Positions 62,027-64,000 of a DNA stretch of 64,000 nucleotides are shown piece after piece (within the stretch, counting starts at the first letter, position 1; the number at the start of each line of letters is the position of its first letter). The translations under genes were made by a program, and so were the position numbers. The DNA comes from Chloroflexota bacterium (lineage in GTDB: Bacteria; Chloroflexota; Dormibacteria; Dormibacterales; Dormibacteraceae): positions 2,057-66,056 of the forward strand of contig VBKD01000174.1 of assembly GCA_005888075.1 (NCBI GenBank), read 5' to 3'. The notes below the pieces were generated by a model. It ran no database searches. It was not told the DNA's origin and saw nothing but the letters and a program-made list of their open reading frames with translations.

Positions 62027-63109
62027 TCAGATCGACGTCTCACGAAGTGAGCGTCGAAGATACGCGAGGCTCAGGCGGCTGCGTCCGCCGAAGAAGTCGA
62101 TGATGCCTCGCGGAGCGAAGATCACGACCAGCATCAACAGCAGGCCGAGGACGATCTGTGCGAACACCGCCCGCGCGTCGGATGGCAAGAACGGCAGATC
62201 AAGCGTGATCGGCAAGCTGCCGGCCAGGAACTGGATGAGAAGCTGCAGCAGGACGGCGCCCGCCGCCGGGCCGAAGACCGTGCCGGTGCCGCCGACCAGC
62301 GCCATCAGGATCATCTGGACGTTGTATTCGATCGGAAACGAGTTCTCCTGGTTGATGAAGACGTTCCACTGCGAGAAGATGCCGCCCGCGAGCCCGGTCA
62401 GAGCGGCCGCAAGCGCGTATGCCGCCACCTTGTACGCGGTGGTGTTCACCCCAATCACCTCGGCCGCATCCTCGTTCTCTCGAATCGCGATGAGGCCGTA
62501 ACCGAACCGGGAGCGCATCACCCACCAGGTAACCGCGATGGACGCAGCGGCCGCGCCCAACATCAGATAGAAGAAGAAGAGGCCGCGGTTCGGCACCGAG
62601 AAGATCGGCAGGAAAAGCCCCGTGGCTCCGCCGAACACAGGCTGGCCGTGGTAATCGATGTTCTGTACGAGCTCGCCGACCGCGACGCCGACTCCGAGGC
62701 TTGCGACGGCGAAATAGTGGCCGCGCAGGCGAAGCAGGGGCAGCCCGACCAGCGCCGCGAAGACGGCGGCGGCCACCGGCGCGAGGGGCAGCGCCACCAG
62801 GAAAGGCCACCTGGCCTTGGCGATCAGCATTCCCGTCGTGTAGGCGCCGATGCCGAAAAACGCCACGTTCCCAAATGCGGCGTAACCGGTGAGCCCGCCG
62901 ATGATGTTCCAAGCCGTCGCCATGACGATGAACATCGCCGTGATCGTTGCGATGCGGAACCATAGGCGATCGGTGAGCAGCGGGATGTTGAGAGCTTGCG
63001 CGGCGTCCAGCGAGGTGAGCGGCGCGACCACCGCGTACGCGGCAACCGCCAGGGCCACCCCAAAGAAGATGCGCCGCCAGCGCCGATCGGGGTTGGCGTC
63101 CCGAATCAT
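62027..63109 (-). CDS. livM: Branched-chain amino acid ABC transporter permease LivM
   Basis: This is the 3' part of ORF 62027..63382. The ATG at 63109 (MIRDANPDRRW) overlaps the livH stop (ATGA). It has ~9-10 TM segments and typical LivM blocks (GYAAFGNVAFFGIGAY, GHYFAVASLG). Confidence 0.85.
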   Translation of the reverse strand: MIRDANPDRRWRRIFFGVALAVAAYAVVAPLTSLDAAQALNIPLLTDRLWFRIATITAMFIVMATAWNIIGGLTGYAAFGNVAFFGIGAYTTGMLIAKARWPFLVALPLAPVAAAVFAALVGLPLLRLRGHYFAVASLGVGVAVGELVQNIDYHGQPVFGGATGLFLPIFSVPNRGLFFFYLMLGAAAASIAVTWWVMRSRFGYGLIAIRENEDAAEVIGVNTTAYKVAAYALAAALTGLAGGIFSQWNVFINQENSFPIEYNVQMILMALVGGTGTVFGPAAGAVLLQLLIQFLAGSLPITLDLPFLPSDARAVFAQIVLGLLLMLVVIFAPRGIIDFFGGRSRLSLAYLRRSLRETSI

Positions 63110-63975
63110 CGGAGCCGGCCCAGCAGGCCTTGAGGCCTTGTGACCAGCACCAGCACCAGCACGCCAAATGCGATCGCGTTGGCAAAGACGGAGCCCGAGC
63201 CTGGGATCGACTGGGCGAAGGCCTCGATCAGGCCGAACGCCAGGCCACCGACCACGGTGGCGCTGACCCGTCCCAGCCCGCCGAGGATCACGACCACGAA
63301 CGCCTGCAACGTGTACGGCTCGCCGGCCGTCGGCGTGATCGCCTGGATCATGCCGATGAGCCCACCCGCGACGCCCGCGCACACCGCGCCGAGGCCGAAC
63401 GTGACTGCGTAGATGTGGCGCAGGTCAATGCCAACGAGCTGCGCCGCCTCGCGATCGGCGGCCACCGCCTGGATGGCAAGCCCGGTTCGCAGGCGGTTCA
63501 GCACGAAGGCCAACCCGCCCGCCAACAGCATGGCTATGCCAAGCGATGCGAGGCGGATGTAAGGAATGACGATGGTGCCGAGCTCCAACCCTTGCCCGGA
63601 ATAGGAGGGCGTGACCGAACGAAAGTCTGACTTGAAGATGAGCAGAAGCACGTTGACCGCGATCAGATTGATGCCGAACGTGAGCAGGAACGTGAACAGG
63701 AGAGGCGCTCTGATGATGCGGTTGATCACGCCTCGCTGGAGCGCATAGCCGAACACAAAAAGGGCCACCGCGTTGATGGGCAAAGTCAGAAAGGGATCGA
63801 GGCCGAACGCGGTGAACAGCTGCCACGTGACGTAGGCGCCGATGATCACAAGCGCGCCGTGAGCGAGGTTGACGATGTTGAGGACGCCCCACACGAGCCC
63901 GAACCCCACACCGACCGCGACGTATACCCCTCCGGCCAGCAGGCCGATGATCACTAGCTGGACGAACTCCGCCAA
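63106..63975 (-). CDS. livH: Branched-chain amino acid ABC transporter permease LivH
   Basis: 289-aa ORF. MAEFVQLVIIGLLAGGVYVAVGVGFGLVWGVLNIVNLAHGA is the canonical LivH N-terminus. Confidence 0.85.
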   Translation of the reverse strand: MAEFVQLVIIGLLAGGVYVAVGVGFGLVWGVLNIVNLAHGALVIIGAYVTWQLFTAFGLDPFLTLPINAVALFVFGYALQRGVINRIIRAPLLFTFLLTFGINLIAVNVLLLIFKSDFRSVTPSYSGQGLELGTIVIPYIRLASLGIAMLLAGGLAFVLNRLRTGLAIQAVAADREAAQLVGIDLRHIYAVTFGLGAVCAGVAGGLIGMIQAITPTAGEPYTLQAFVVVILGGLGRVSATVVGGLAFGLIEAFAQSIPGSGSVFANAIAFGVLVLVLVTRPQGLLGRLR

Positions 63976-64000
63976 CGCTTTAAGGGGTGAGCAGTTTCAG

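Overview
This is a 64-kb chromosomal window from a high-GC bacterium (roughly 65% GC by eye). The mix of protein families resembles Actinomycetota- or Chloroflexota-like soil lineages, but the taxon cannot be assigned without a database search. Coding is dense on both strands: about 70 CDS and two tRNAs (Arg-TCT, Tyr-GTA). Many same-strand genes overlap by 4 nt (ATGA, GTGA or TTGA start/stop overlaps). I found no rRNA, CRISPR array, transposase, integrase or phage genes, so this looks like core or accessory chromosome rather than a mobile island.

Content from left to right:
- A truncated DHA2-type MFS pump, a phosphoesterase, and two tandem secreted paralogs of unknown function.
- HMG-CoA lyase, an M32 carboxypeptidase and tRNA-Arg.
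- A cation-transport cluster: CorA, a CDF-like membrane protein, a membrane-less MgtE_N/CBS protein, and an Nramp-related transporter with a non-canonical metal site.
- Cell-envelope genes: LCP, a PD40 propeller protein, a GT51 transglycosylase, and an OmpR/HK pair.
- GGT and FabG, then a LysM-CHAP hydrolase behind a candidate c-di-AMP (ydaO-type) riboswitch.
- MFS transporters and tRNA-Tyr.
- Two CUT1-type sugar ABC loci, one with LacI, a PfkB kinase, a Zn-dehydrogenase and a tandem palindromic operator.
- An overlap-coupled operon: lipid kinase, PAP2, PAP2 and a small P-loop kinase.
- An envelope/osmotic stress region: two paralogous single-domain response regulators, an L,D-transpeptidase, HdeD/DUF308, MscS, a TreT-like glycosyltransferase and Hsp20.
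- An unusual signalling cluster: split CheB plus CheR-PAS with no MCP, CheA or kinase, embedded among four copies of an unrecognised ~60-aa helical domain, one of them fused to a winged-helix DNA-binding domain. A NarL-type regulator lies next to it.
- The livFGMH end of a branched-chain amino-acid ABC operon.

Several genes look damaged: a GT4 glycosyltransferase with an internal out-of-frame deletion, a RibD_C/DHFR-like remnant, a possible frameshift in a HEAT-repeat gene, and livF without a canonical start codon. These could be genuine gene decay or assembly indels; I cannot tell which from the sequence alone.

The two items I consider most worth follow-up are the cheB/cheR-associated helical-domain family (55.7-59.8 kb) and the split MgtE-sensor plus Nramp-related transporter pair (11.7-14.6 kb).

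All family calls rest on motif recognition in the translations. No searches were run.
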